DNA of 44,078 nucleotides from Craspedostauros australis (Eukaryota). The notes below the pieces were generated by a model. That model was not told where the DNA came from. It saw nothing but the letters and a program-made list of their open reading frames with translations, and searched no databases. Below, in pieces: positions 12,014-22,471 of the stretch (the first letter of the stretch is position 1; every line of letters begins with the position of its first letter). The DNA lies in the NCBI GenBank assembly GCA_030167865.1, contig JALAGF010000701.1, positions 1 to 44,078 of the forward strand, in the 5' to 3' direction. Made by a program: the position numbers and the translations under genes.

Positions 12014-12988
12014 GACTGGGCCAGCTCGCGCGTACTAGAAACTCGCTGGCCGTCGCTCTGTCCGTCTTCTGTGGTTTTCCAGCAGTGAACTCGGCTGTGT
12101 TGGACGAGGATACTGCCTTGCGCTGCTCACAACTAGTAACCCAGAGATGTGTTTGCAACTAAGAGACAAAATCGTGAGTACGATGATGTATGGATTTTGT
12201 TTCGTTGATTTGCTCAGCGTTCGCTTTGCCACCTGAAGTTTCTCCTCTTTTTTTTGGAATGTAATCGTGCATCCGTGTTTTGATGTCATTGGTTGGCGGG
12301 ACTCCAAACGAACCAATCATCCTATTGCTCCGGGATCCGATTTGGAGGATGTTGCTGTCAGGGGCGTTTGTCCAGGCTCCATGTGTTTCTGAGCCTCAGA
12401 CACCACACAATCCCACATCTTCGGGTTGGGAGGGCTGGAAAAGATCGAGCGAGACCAGAGTAATCTAACACTGACTTGTCTTGATGACATAATAGAATAC
12501 AATATTCCTTTACTGTGGAGTGGAGTATAGTATAGTATAATACTTGATTTCTGATGTGCCACGACATTGTTGCTCTGTTGTTCTCCTCTTTGCAATCGTA
12601 GTGAGTAGTGCTCCCCTATCCGCTACCGAGGGACGACCTTCTCCGGCGCAGGTGACAGTCCACGGAATTGGATCACCTCACCACTCCCACCAAGAAAGAG
12701 TGCAGTCGAAGGCCCGAATGAGTCCGTTTGGTCGAAAATTGAACATTTTCTTGTTCGGCGGTTGTGCTGTTGTCGTTCGTCGAATTTGTTGGCGATGCTT
12801 TTTGCCAACAATCACAACCATCGTCATTGTTGCTGATAGCACCGTCGGCAATCGCACAGTCCATACTGTTCACTCCAGCTGCTCGATCGCATTACACCCT
12901 ACATGCACCTGCCACCACCACTGCCGATGCCGCTGCAACCAGCTGTGATATCAACGACAGGAACACGACGGTTGACGTGACGGATACG

Positions 12989-14523
12989 ATGAGGACCAAA
13001 TTGGTGCATGAATCCAACCACGGCCGTGCTCCCAAACAGAAAAGGACGAAGCACACTCATCAACGCCATGCCGTCTTCCTCCTGTTCTTAGTGGTACTGT
13101 GCATAGTTTTGAACATGCGAATGGTAGACCAGAATGAACTACAGGCCTTCCAGTCGCAACCAATACGACAACAGCAACAACAGCAGCAGCAACAACAGGA
13201 GCAGCAACAACAAGCAGGATATGCCCAGAACACAAATGCGAACGAGACGCGGAGAGCCTACTTTCCGTCGAGGAAGGCCTCCACACGGGCTGCCAAAGGC
13301 CTTCCACAACCCAGAATAGCGATCCTCGGATCCTTCGTTTCATTCCAAAAGCACGACGGGACCTTCACAAGAATCAAGAACAAGAAGTGGGTGCTCAACA
13401 AGGCATGTTACGCTTACATTTGGGGGTACGACTACATCTTCAATGCCACAGACAGCTTCTCGGCGGAGGACAAGAACCAGTCGGAATGGTTGACATTCGG
13501 CCATTGGAACCGCGTCCCGCACCTGCAGGCCGTGATCGATGACTACGATTGGGTCTTCTATGCGGACCTCGATCTCGTCATCCGCGACATGTCACGTCCG
13601 CTGTCGTCGTTCCTGCACGAATTCAGACTGTACAACCAAACGCCAAGCGTCTTCGTGCCAAATGACAGCAAGTTTCCGGATTTTTCCTTCTCAACTTACG
13701 CTATGCTGATCAAGAACGATGACTTCGGCCACAGGCTGTTGGAGAATTGGATGAAGTTCGCACGGGGGCTTTGCCCCAATGGCAACTTCAAGCTGTCGCG
13801 TTCGGAGGATGGAAAACCTGTGTATTTTTGGCCATACAGCGGTGAGTCAGTCAATGCGGCCTTTGTCCGCAAATGCGCATCATTTCACCATTCTCTGTGC
13901 ATGCATTTTGTAACAGTCAGAGTGTTGCTATTTCGGGTTTGGCTCACATTGTCTTGCATTTGCCCTGGGGATCGCGCCATGCCATCAAACGCAATGGAAT
14001 GTACCGCCTCGCGCTTGCCGAACACACATGTGTACGTACATTTGGGCCCATCGCAGATCAACCAGGCCTGTGGTACGCAACAGTGCAGACATACGAAGAC
14101 TTTTACAAGACCGGAAAGATGAAGCGCCATTGCAACGAGTTGGGTTACGTGGACTCGTCCTTGCAAAGCTCGTACAGGGATGAGATCAACGCGTATTTCC
14201 AGCAGGTCGGAGTGGTGCATGGCCACTACGGCGATCCGTTGTCGCAAATGCAGAACAACCAGCCCATCATCTGGTCCTCCCATAAACTGACGGAGCCATC
14301 GCATGACAGAGGCGGGCTCGGCTTGCAAGTCAATTTCCCCCCAGGAGCGGACAAGGAGATGTGGTCGCATGCTTTCGCAATGCACAACCACCATGCCATG
14401 CCTGGCGACTTCGATCGCGAGATCAACTATTGCAAAAAGCATCTTGGTTGCTATGCGAGGTACAACAGGTTCGATCGGCTGGAGATTGGCTGCGGAGACA
14501 AGAAATTCACGGTGGTGCAATGA
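12989..14523 (+). CDS. GT34-like (GMA12/MNN10-type) glycosyltransferase; exons 12989-13841, 14057-14523 (439 aa)
   Basis: TM AVFLLFLVVLCIVL, poly-Q stem, 'NKACYAYIWGY', 'WNRVPHL', 'YDWVFYADLD' (DxD). Intron 13842-14056 (G|GTGAGT...CGCAG) reconstitutes 'WPYSDQPGLW'. Confidence 0.75.
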
Positions 14524-14745
14524 TACGAACAGGTCGAATGACTGACGGCAATGGAAGAAGAATCCAAAAATGACGGTACAGCAGGGATAGCAACGCAACC
14601 GTTGACGGAGTTGACGCAGAGTCTTAGAATGTAGAGTGATAGTGGTTACGACTAGTCTATGTACGAGTACTCCGTCACGTTACAAGAGCGGGTGGCTGGA
14701 TCATGTACGACTACAACTCGTACTGTGCCACAACGTACATATAAT

Positions 14746-14850
14746 ACCATACAATACTTACCATACAATACTTACCATACAATACTTACCATACAATACT
14801 TACCATACAATACAATACAATACAATACAATACAATACAATACAATCCAA
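14746..14850. repeat. Compound minisatellite: 14-bp TACCATACAATACT x4 then (TACAA)n
   Basis: Directly visible, between the convergent 3' ends of the GT34-like and kinase genes. Confidence 0.95.
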
Positions 14851-14883
14851 GCTGCCATGCGCAGTACAACTCCGGAGTCTACT

Positions 14884-16101
14884 TTAGCACTTGTTTTGCT
14901 GCACCTTCTTTTGCTTGTGATATTCCTCGATACGAGCAGCACCGTACTTCAGATAATCAAAACCACCGCAACCCTCGATCGCTGCTTGGTTGATGGCCCA
15001 CAGCCCCCAGTACAGATGATTCGCCAAAATGAAACCATCCACCTCAGATAGCAGACGCTGGACGTCGTCATCTGAAACAGCAGCCTCGCCACGCAACGTC
15101 TGCAGATACGATGTGACGAAGTTGGACTGCGCGTCGCGTGTCGGGAACCATTCGTAATGCGGCGTGGCGGAGAGATCTGTGCCACCCGCAAATTCGTTGA
15201 AGTGATTGGCAATGTCGAAGGAATAGTAGTTGACGCCGCCGTACTCAAAGTCGATGAGCTGGATGCGCTGCTCGTTGGGATCCCAAAGGATGTTGGCGGC
15301 CAGCGCGTCGTTGTGACAGAATCCGACCTTGGCGTCGGACGGCACGACATCCTGCTGGAGCCATTCCAGCTCCTGCCGCAGCGAGGGCACTTCCAGGTTG
15401 GCCGCGCGCTGCGTGTCATCCGGGGTTTGGAACTTGCTGGCCAAGGCCTGATCCAACCATTCGTGCAGCTGCGTCCACATGCTGGGATTGGCGTTGTTGT
15501 GGTACTCGGTGAGATCGTCCGGTACGACGAACTGGCTGTGAAAGCGGCCCATGGATTTGGCGATCTCGGCGGAGATGTTGGGCTGCTGCAGCTCCTGCAC
15601 CTCCAATGCACGCACGGGATATCTGCACCATCCCTCGATGCGTCCGTTGCCGAAGCGTCCGTAGTACTTGGGCGCTTGGCCGGTTCTGGACAGAGCCGCG
15701 TAGGTGGCATTCTCAATGTCGCGGTTGATCATGCCTTCGGCTCCGAACAGCCGCACCAGGACGTCGTCCTCGTTGCCGATGGTCTGCGCTTTGTTGGTAT
15801 CGCCTGTGACGGCTGCGCACAAGACCTGGATGCCGGAGACGCGGTACAAGATATTCGTGTTGCCGCCAGTGATCTCCGTCACCTTCAGCATCGGCATGGG
15901 CGTTTGGCTCGCTGGTCGTGACGGCAGCAGCATGCTGACGACTGCGTGTTTGATCGAATCCTCATTGGCACCATCGACGAACACCGATGGAAGGTATGGG
16001 CAGCCGTCTATGACGATCGCAGTCGTGGTGGACGCAGCAGCAGCCTCATTCGTTGAGGCCTTCGCGTCTTTGCGGGCTTTGATGTAATCCTTCGGTGCCA
16101 T
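14884..16101 (-). CDS. Ethanolamine/choline kinase
   Basis: GGNTN loop, VLVRLFG, Brenner motif FCHNDALAANIL, IDFEYG, FDIANHFNEFAG, HLYWGLWA. Confidence 0.93.
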   Translation of the reverse strand: MAPKDYIKARKDAKASTNEAAAASTTTAIVIDGCPYLPSVFVDGANEDSIKHAVVSMLLPSRPASQTPMPMLKVTEITGGNTNILYRVSGIQVLCAAVTGDTNKAQTIGNEDDVLVRLFGAEGMINRDIENATYAALSRTGQAPKYYGRFGNGRIEGWCRYPVRALEVQELQQPNISAEIAKSMGRFHSQFVVPDDLTEYHNNANPSMWTQLHEWLDQALASKFQTPDDTQRAANLEVPSLRQELEWLQQDVVPSDAKVGFCHNDALAANILWDPNEQRIQLIDFEYGGVNYYSFDIANHFNEFAGGTDLSATPHYEWFPTRDAQSNFVTSYLQTLRGEAAVSDDDVQRLLSEVDGFILANHLYWGLWAINQAAIEGCGGFDYLKYGAARIEEYHKQKKVQQNKC

Positions 16102-16348
16102 GGTCTACGTTCCTTCTATTCTTGATGCTGTTGCTGTTGCTGTTCCTGATGGTCGTTGCTGATGGTCGTTGTTGTGAGTATGCTCCTCGGACCAATATTT
16201 ACATGTGAGTGTGGGATGAGTGCAACCGCGCAGGTATGGGATGAGGTGAGTGGTCAGATGAAGAATGGTTTCGTCTGAAGGAGGTGCAGTGATGCTGTTG
16301 TTCTTGTCGTTTCGTCATTCGGAGGAACGACGACGAACCATCATTTGT

Positions 16349-16388
16349 TCCGACCGTCTGTCCGACAGTCTGTCCGACAGTCTGTCCG
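16349..16388. repeat. 12-bp tandem repeat (TCTGTCCGACAG) x~3, internally palindromic
   Basis: tccgaccgtctg tccgacagtctg tccgacagtctg tccg; CTGTC-C-GACAG is an inverted repeat. Confidence 0.85.
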
Positions 16389-16525
16389 CCCGTACGTGGA
16401 CCAGACGTATTGTCGCGCATGTGTACGAAGGTAGAAGCCTCAGATTTATCGATCTCGTTGTCTCCGTCTATCTCCCCCTGCTCCTTCGTCTTGCGGCGTA
16501 GTACTTCGCGAGTATGCAGACCTTG

Positions 16526-18049
16526 TCAAAATGGGACGGGTGCTTCGAACGTCACCAAATCTCCCGTGCGTGGATGCTTAAGTTCCAACCTGGCAGCATG
16601 GAGACACATGGCGGGCTTGCGGCTTGCATTGCAATTGATTGAGTATGCATCTCGGATGGATTGCTGGAGGCTGATGGATGTTGCATCACTGTCGTGTCCT
16701 TGCAGTCCTCCGCGAGGATTGGCATCACCGTGCAATCCATACGCAGGGTCGCCGAAGATTGGATATCCCAGCGCGGCGCAGTGCACGCGCAGTTGATGCG
16801 TCCGCCCTGTATGAGGGATGAGCGATAATCGTGTGACCGGGAGCTCTGCTTTACCCCTCCCTGTTGGTGATGCTGTTGTGGGTGGTGGCACTCTTGTTGT
16901 TGACGACATGTCGTTGTCAGCGCCCCCAGCAGTAGCAGCAGCAGCAGCAGCAGAGGGATTGACAGTGAGATAGGAATGATCCAAAACGGCAATCTCGGTG
17001 TGACTTGGCTTGGGACGTTTCATGACCAACTTCTTCCATCCATGAGCCTGCAGATCCTTGACGGCCTGCGCGGCCGCGACTTCCGACTGCGGCGTCGATA
17101 TCCGCATGAAGGGTGAATACTCGTGATCACGTTGCAGCGCCAAATGAATGTGACCGCGACACGGCTGTGGCTTCTGAACATCAATGCAATGTGCCGATGG
17201 CACAGAGACGTGACCGCACACCAAGGCCTGGTACTCCTTGTTCACCTGACGGTCTCGGAATGCGGCTTGCAAGGATCGCAAGGAGGTTGCATTCTTGGCG
17301 AATATCACCAACCCGGACGTATCCATGTCCAAACGATGCACGATCATGCACGACGCCGGTGGCAGCTGCGTTGCGTCGCAGGTGGCGCTGCAATGCTCGT
17401 GCACGAGATCCAGCAGGTTTGGTTTGTCCTGCAAGCCTGGCACGCACAGCACGCCTGATGGCTTGTCCGTGACAATGAGATCGTCATCCTCGAAGATGAT
17501 CTTCAGATGCTCGGCAATGGAAAGTTGTGCCAGATGCACGCTGCTCTGCTGCGCTTTCACGCTGTTCAGATGCTGCTCGTATCGCAGCACAGTCTTTGGC
17601 ACGGTCGTTTCATCTCCTTTGGCGTCCGCGTTTGTGTTTGCGTTTGCGTTTGCGGTGCTTCCGTTGCCATGTGACATCACAGAACCGACATTGCCATCCG
17701 TACTTGCATCATCGTCGTGATCATCTTCGTCGTTGGACCTCTCGCTGGCAAGCTCGATGTTGAAGGAATGTGTTGCGCTCAACAAGTCTGATGCTTCCGA
17801 CGGCGTCGCTGGCGGTGCCGTTGACGATGTCGCGACCTTCCACCGCAGATCGCCATGAATGATCTCCAGGGCGCCATCGGTGGCAGCAGAAGTGGCGCCA
17901 GTTCCTTGATCCAATGCCAAGCGCGAAGTGACCATCGTTGGAAGCGACGAGGAGAAGATTCGCCGATGTTTGCCTGACGATAGCACCGATCGTTGGCACC
18001 GAGCGGCAACCACACCCAACGCTCTGTGCGTCACTGCTCGCATGAACAT
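16526..18049 (-). CDS. RluA/RluD-family pseudouridine synthase, probably organellar (mitochondrial-like presequence)
   Basis: DKPSG, catalytic HRLDMDTSG, TGRTHQLRVH, GDPAYG, CLHA. First in-frame ATG is 18049 (MFMRAVTHRALG... Arg/Ser-rich). Confidence 0.9.
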   Translation of the reverse strand: MFMRAVTHRALGVVAARCQRSVLSSGKHRRIFSSSLPTMVTSRLALDQGTGATSAATDGALEIIHGDLRWKVATSSTAPPATPSEASDLLSATHSFNIELASERSNDEDDHDDDASTDGNVGSVMSHGNGSTANANANTNADAKGDETTVPKTVLRYEQHLNSVKAQQSSVHLAQLSIAEHLKIIFEDDDLIVTDKPSGVLCVPGLQDKPNLLDLVHEHCSATCDATQLPPASCMIVHRLDMDTSGLVIFAKNATSLRSLQAAFRDRQVNKEYQALVCGHVSVPSAHCIDVQKPQPCRGHIHLALQRDHEYSPFMRISTPQSEVAAAQAVKDLQAHGWKKLVMKRPKPSHTEIAVLDHSYLTVNPSAAAAAATAGGADNDMSSTTRVPPPTTASPTGRGKAELPVTRLSLIPHTGRTHQLRVHCAALGYPIFGDPAYGLHGDANPRGGLQGHDSDATSISLQQSIRDAYSINCNASRKPAMCLHAARLELKHPRTGDLVTFEAPVPF

Positions 18050-19132
18050 GGAGCTCTCTTCATCTGCGATACGAATACGCGAGTGCGAGTGTTTTGTGTG
18101 GTTCACCTGTCTGCCATCATTGTCAACATCATCGTCGTTGACAACATGATCGGCAGATGATGCCAAAAGAGAGAGGTGTGATGTGCGCGTCAGGAGGGGG
18201 AGATCTTGGTGTGTGCTGATTTGTTGTGTGGATTGGATCCAATTCGTGATTCAAAATCATCATTGGATCTTGCGCAAGTGATGTCACCCTTTTCGAATTC
18301 TGCATCAATCAATGCCAAATTCTGTCATGAAACGTCTTTGATGACATCATCGTCTTGTTCTTCTGGGTTCTGCTTGCGCGTGCGTGGTACACTTGTGACG
18401 TTGGTTTTTGGTATCAGCTTAATGGAGAATCGTCCAGGTGAAGAAACGGATGTTCGCCTGTCGTGTTCTGCGGTGTGGCAATCGCTTTCACATTCATGAG
18501 AACTCTTGAATTTTCGTTTTTGAGGGATCTTTTTGGGGGCTGTGTCTGCGTGGGCAGCTGGGCGGTGCACTGTTTTGTCGTTGTTGCTGTCGTGGTTGCT
18601 GTCGTGGTTGTTGTCGCGGCTGGCGCAGTTGCGTGTCGTTGCTGGTGCACTTTCTGTTTTCTTTGTTTTGTTCTGTTGTGATCGCGGTCGTGAAGACGTC
18701 GTTGTCGTGTGCGTCGTTCTTTTCTTCATCTCTCCTTCAGTTGCGATGTCTCCCGAAGATTGTCCGCACACAAAACGCAAGAGCAAGTCATCCTTCCTCC
18801 CCTCTCGCCGCTCTCATCCCATCCTTCACACTATTTCGAATTCTCAATTGGCAAAGGTGAGCAGAGGGCCGACCATGGTTCGATCCTTGCCAAGGCTTGG
18901 TTGTGTTGGGTGCGTGATCCCGCTGATCGTCATGCCATCCGCTCGCTCACCTCTCTTTTTCAATCCCATTTGTTGCACTGCGTTCCATCATCTCTCTGTC
19001 ATCGTGATGACCACCACTCACATCCATCATCATTTCCCTTGTCGACACTTGAACTGCGAAGGCAGATACAGATACAGCCACATCAACACACAACACTCGA
19101 ACAGTAAGCAAGAAACAAACAAGCAAATCACA

Positions 19133-19519
19133 ATGAAGTCCACACGATCCATCCTCAACGGCGTCATCTGCGTGCTCGCGGCGTCTTCCGTTGCAGACCA
19201 ATGCGCTGCCTTTCCACTCGGACCAACCCAGCAGCAGCAGCTTCACCGACCAAGCATGGCGCAGAGCAGCAGACTGCCGACACCATCGACAGCATCCGCA
19301 ACATCCACCACGATCCACCTCCATCCCAACCAGGCGAAGGACTTGGAGGCATGTGCCTACGATCTCATGAGGCAGGCATTGGCGCAGCAGCAAGAGCAGC
19401 AACGACAACAACAGCAGCAGGGCGCGCTCGATGATATGGGCAATACCATGCACAAGGGACCCTTGCGATGGTGTCGACACCACATCACGAGCTTGCTGTC
19501 GGCGACTCGTCACAACTAG
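19133..19519 (+). CDS. Small (128 aa) secretory or plastid-targeted hypothetical protein
   Basis: A-rich context before the ATG. Signal peptide MKSTRSILNGVICVLAASSVADQCAA|FP, then a Ser/Thr-rich transit-like segment, core LHPNQAKDLEACAYDLM and poly-Q. Confidence 0.6.
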   Translation: MKSTRSILNGVICVLAASSVADQCAAFPLGPTQQQQLHRPSMAQSSRLPTPSTASATSTTIHLHPNQAKDLEACAYDLMRQALAQQQEQQRQQQQQGALDDMGNTMHKGPLRWCRHHITSLLSATRHN

Positions 19520-20373
19520 AGAGCGCGTCGGATGGACACGCGAACAACAGAAGACGCAAACACAGACGCTTGCAACATACCACAAAAGAACAGCAGCAAC
19601 ACAATGGGCACGTGCTCATCCGCTTGCATCCAGCTTCCACATCCCCACACGTTCACATACATATGCAATACTCAGCCACAGAGACACACTACCGATGAAA
19701 ACACTCGCATCACATCAGACAACTCAATTATCCCGTGTGCATACGCGCGAACTCGCGAAGGACTTGAAGCAGACTTGAACTCTCTTCGTCGTCCCAGAAT
19801 CATTCTGCTACAAGTACAGAGTAGTAATACCATATCCATACACACAAATAATGCAGCAATCTATTGTATAATACATGCTCGTGTGTGCGTTTGCCGCAGC
19901 AATGATCACGGCCATCCACAAGCCGTTGACTCAATGGGTGCATGCGTCATGGTGCGAGCACGTGTTCATTGTCGTGCTGCTGCTCTCTGTGCTTCTGGGG
20001 TGGATTGGTTTGGCAATTCCCTCAGTATTGCATCGCGAGTTGCTCCATTCATGCCAGCGTGGTACCATACGCGGCAAAGCACCCATCAACGATGATGTAC
20101 CTGTGGTATGTATGGTAGGGAATGGGCTGTTTGGTGGTACCGCTGGGTGGCTCCGTTTGTTCGCCACCACTGCCCACAGCCCACTCGTGTCACGGTCTTC
20201 TCGTTGCATGATTGCGCTGATCTCTTTTCCGCCAACCACCCGCAACCACCTTTTTCGCTTTCGCGTCCTCTTGCGCCAATCCAATCCACGATTCTGTTTC
20301 TGAGAATCACAGTGCCAATACTCCAACGCAGCAACAGCGCCGTGCACTCTGCACTTCCACTCATGTGCCGCAA

Positions 20374-20934
20374 CTATGACGACGACGACGACACCACAGA
20401 GCCGATGACATCCCCGATCGCATCGGCATCCGTTGCTGCGCCTGGGAGTATCTCTGGCACAGGACTCGACGAGACGACGGCGTACAGGACAATGCCCAAC
20501 GTCCCGAATGCCAATGCAAACAGGATGTACGCCGTGATCAACGCGTCTTGTCCCAGCACGCGCCGTCCGCGAGAATCCTGCGGCGCATCTTCCATCCCGA
20601 TGATGACGGAATCGCTGCCCGTCCCAAAGGCTTCTCCGAAGGCGATGCGCCTCCAGAATTCCACCGTGGCCCATGCGAAGGGGATGATGCCCACAACGAA
20701 GACCCACACGTCGCTGTTTTGCGCCAGATCCGTGACGGTGGATGCGAGGGCTGTCGTCGTGTGCATCTGTTGCGGCTTGGGGATGCTCGATGATGGTCTT
20801 GTGGGCGACGCCAATTGCCGATTTGGTGCGAACGCATGGCAGGATGGCAGCGCTGTGGCCATCAGCACAAGCAAGAGGAGCAGGAATGCCAGCGCTGGTG
20901 TCGTGGGTGGCTTGGATCCTCGAGGCGTGGTCAT
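20374..20934 (-). CDS. Putative plastid membrane protein of unknown function (2 TM helices)
   Basis: Signal peptide ending CHA|FAP plus transit peptide. The core FVVGIIPFAWATVEFWRRI..GEAFGTG...SRGRRVLG..ALITAYILF looks conserved. Confidence 0.78.
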   Translation of the reverse strand: MTTPRGSKPPTTPALAFLLLLLVLMATALPSCHAFAPNRQLASPTRPSSSIPKPQQMHTTTALASTVTDLAQNSDVWVFVVGIIPFAWATVEFWRRIAFGEAFGTGSDSVIIGMEDAPQDSRGRRVLGQDALITAYILFALAFGTLGIVLYAVVSSSPVPEILPGAATDADAIGDVIGSVVSSSSS

Positions 20935-22471
20935 GGTGATGTTCTTGCTGATTGCGATATATTATAGAATAAAATATAACGATTGAATGCTTGAGGAACC
21001 TGATTGTTGCGTGCTGATCAACTCCACTGTGCTTCTATCTTCGAATTGCAGAATACTTCTTTGGTTTTGATGTTTGATGATGATCCGATCAACTAATGTC
21101 TTTGCGTTTGGCCATTGTTTGGTGTTGACTCTGTGTTGATGTGTGTCATCACTTCCACCGATCTGTTTTGATTGCGTGGCTTCGAAGAAATCGGCTCATC
21201 GCTTGTCATGTGTTGCTTGTTGACTCAGATCTCGCAACAAATGTCAAATGAGCAGACAGACAACACAATACAATAAGTGTTTTCTTCCGAGCAAACAAAC
21301 ATACATGCCCATAAACAGACAGGTGCGCAAACAGACATACAAACAGGCAGGTGCGTATTGCTCTCTGCGCAGCACTCTGCTTGGATGGAGTCGTCCGTGC
21401 TCGTGGCTTTGTCCCATCTCGGTTGAACCAAAGCGCATGGTGCTTCCGTCCGAGCTATGAATAGGAATAGCTCGCAACTTCACAAGTCGCACAAGAGAGA
21501 TTCCTGGAACGCTGGTATGACTTCGGGCAACGAAGTGTTGAAGCATGGTTGGGGTGATGGTGGAGCTGAGTGAAGCAATGAGCTGAGGTGCCGCCTCGAT
21601 GAGCTGGAGCGCTGTCTTGATCACAATGTAACTCTCCAGAAGAATGAAAAAGAGTTCGCTGACAGGACCCACAGCAAGACAGCCGCAAGCAAGAAGAATT
21701 ACTGGTTGTGTGTTTCTTTGGAGAGAGGCAGATATCTTCATGTCCCCGTCAGTATATCTGTTTGCAATCCTCGTAGAGTATAGTATCGCAGACATCCATA
21801 GTTCTGAGCTTGTCTGGCCAGATCATAGTCGTACTGTTGCACGTACCACGCCCGTCCAGTGATGACAACGAGGCTGCGTACCTGTTTGCGGCAACAAGAA
21901 CACGAGTTGGTTGTTCACATCAACAACAAAATCGTCACTGATCATGTCCACGAACCAAACACATCAGGACTGACTCACTGCGATCGAGCTGATCGTGCGA
22001 AAGATCAATTGATCGTGCAAGGTAGGTCCATCTAGTCGAATGAAATCGATTGACCAATCACAACGTCGCTCACATGTTGACCTTTGTGCCAGAAGCCAAT
22101 CAGATCAGCCAACGTGGATTGAGACTTCACAGACGTACCACAACAAGCACGTATCGCGGTGGCCACCAGAAAATACGACAGTTGATTGGAGATTCTCGTG
22201 GCGGATTGCGTCACAGCAAAGAGAGAGAGAGGCAACAGGCGTCAGACCTGTGCCCAAGCGAAAGCGCAAAAAAGTGGGTGACCTTTGTTCCCACGTCCGC
22301 TCGACATCGCTGGTTGTTGAGGTTGGGCTTCAACGTGAAACTCCCATCCGCCACTGTGGCTGTGCCCATCACCAACACTGTGATCCTCCCTCGCAAAAAC
22401 ACATCTCACACACCAGGTCTTGTCGGTCACAACTTCGAAAAACGATCGAAGAACACACCAAGTTCGGAACT

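Noticed and set aside
14746-14850. CRISPR-like array
   Set aside because: Units are contiguous with no unique spacers, and the context is eukaryotic.
20108-20986. 292-aa plus-strand ORF
   Set aside because: Antisense to the better-supported CHAFAP protein; no motifs.
21244-21795. 183-aa minus-strand ORF
   Set aside because: No recognisable motif or codon bias, and the tail runs into simple repeats. It cannot be supported, though a decayed fragment is not excluded.
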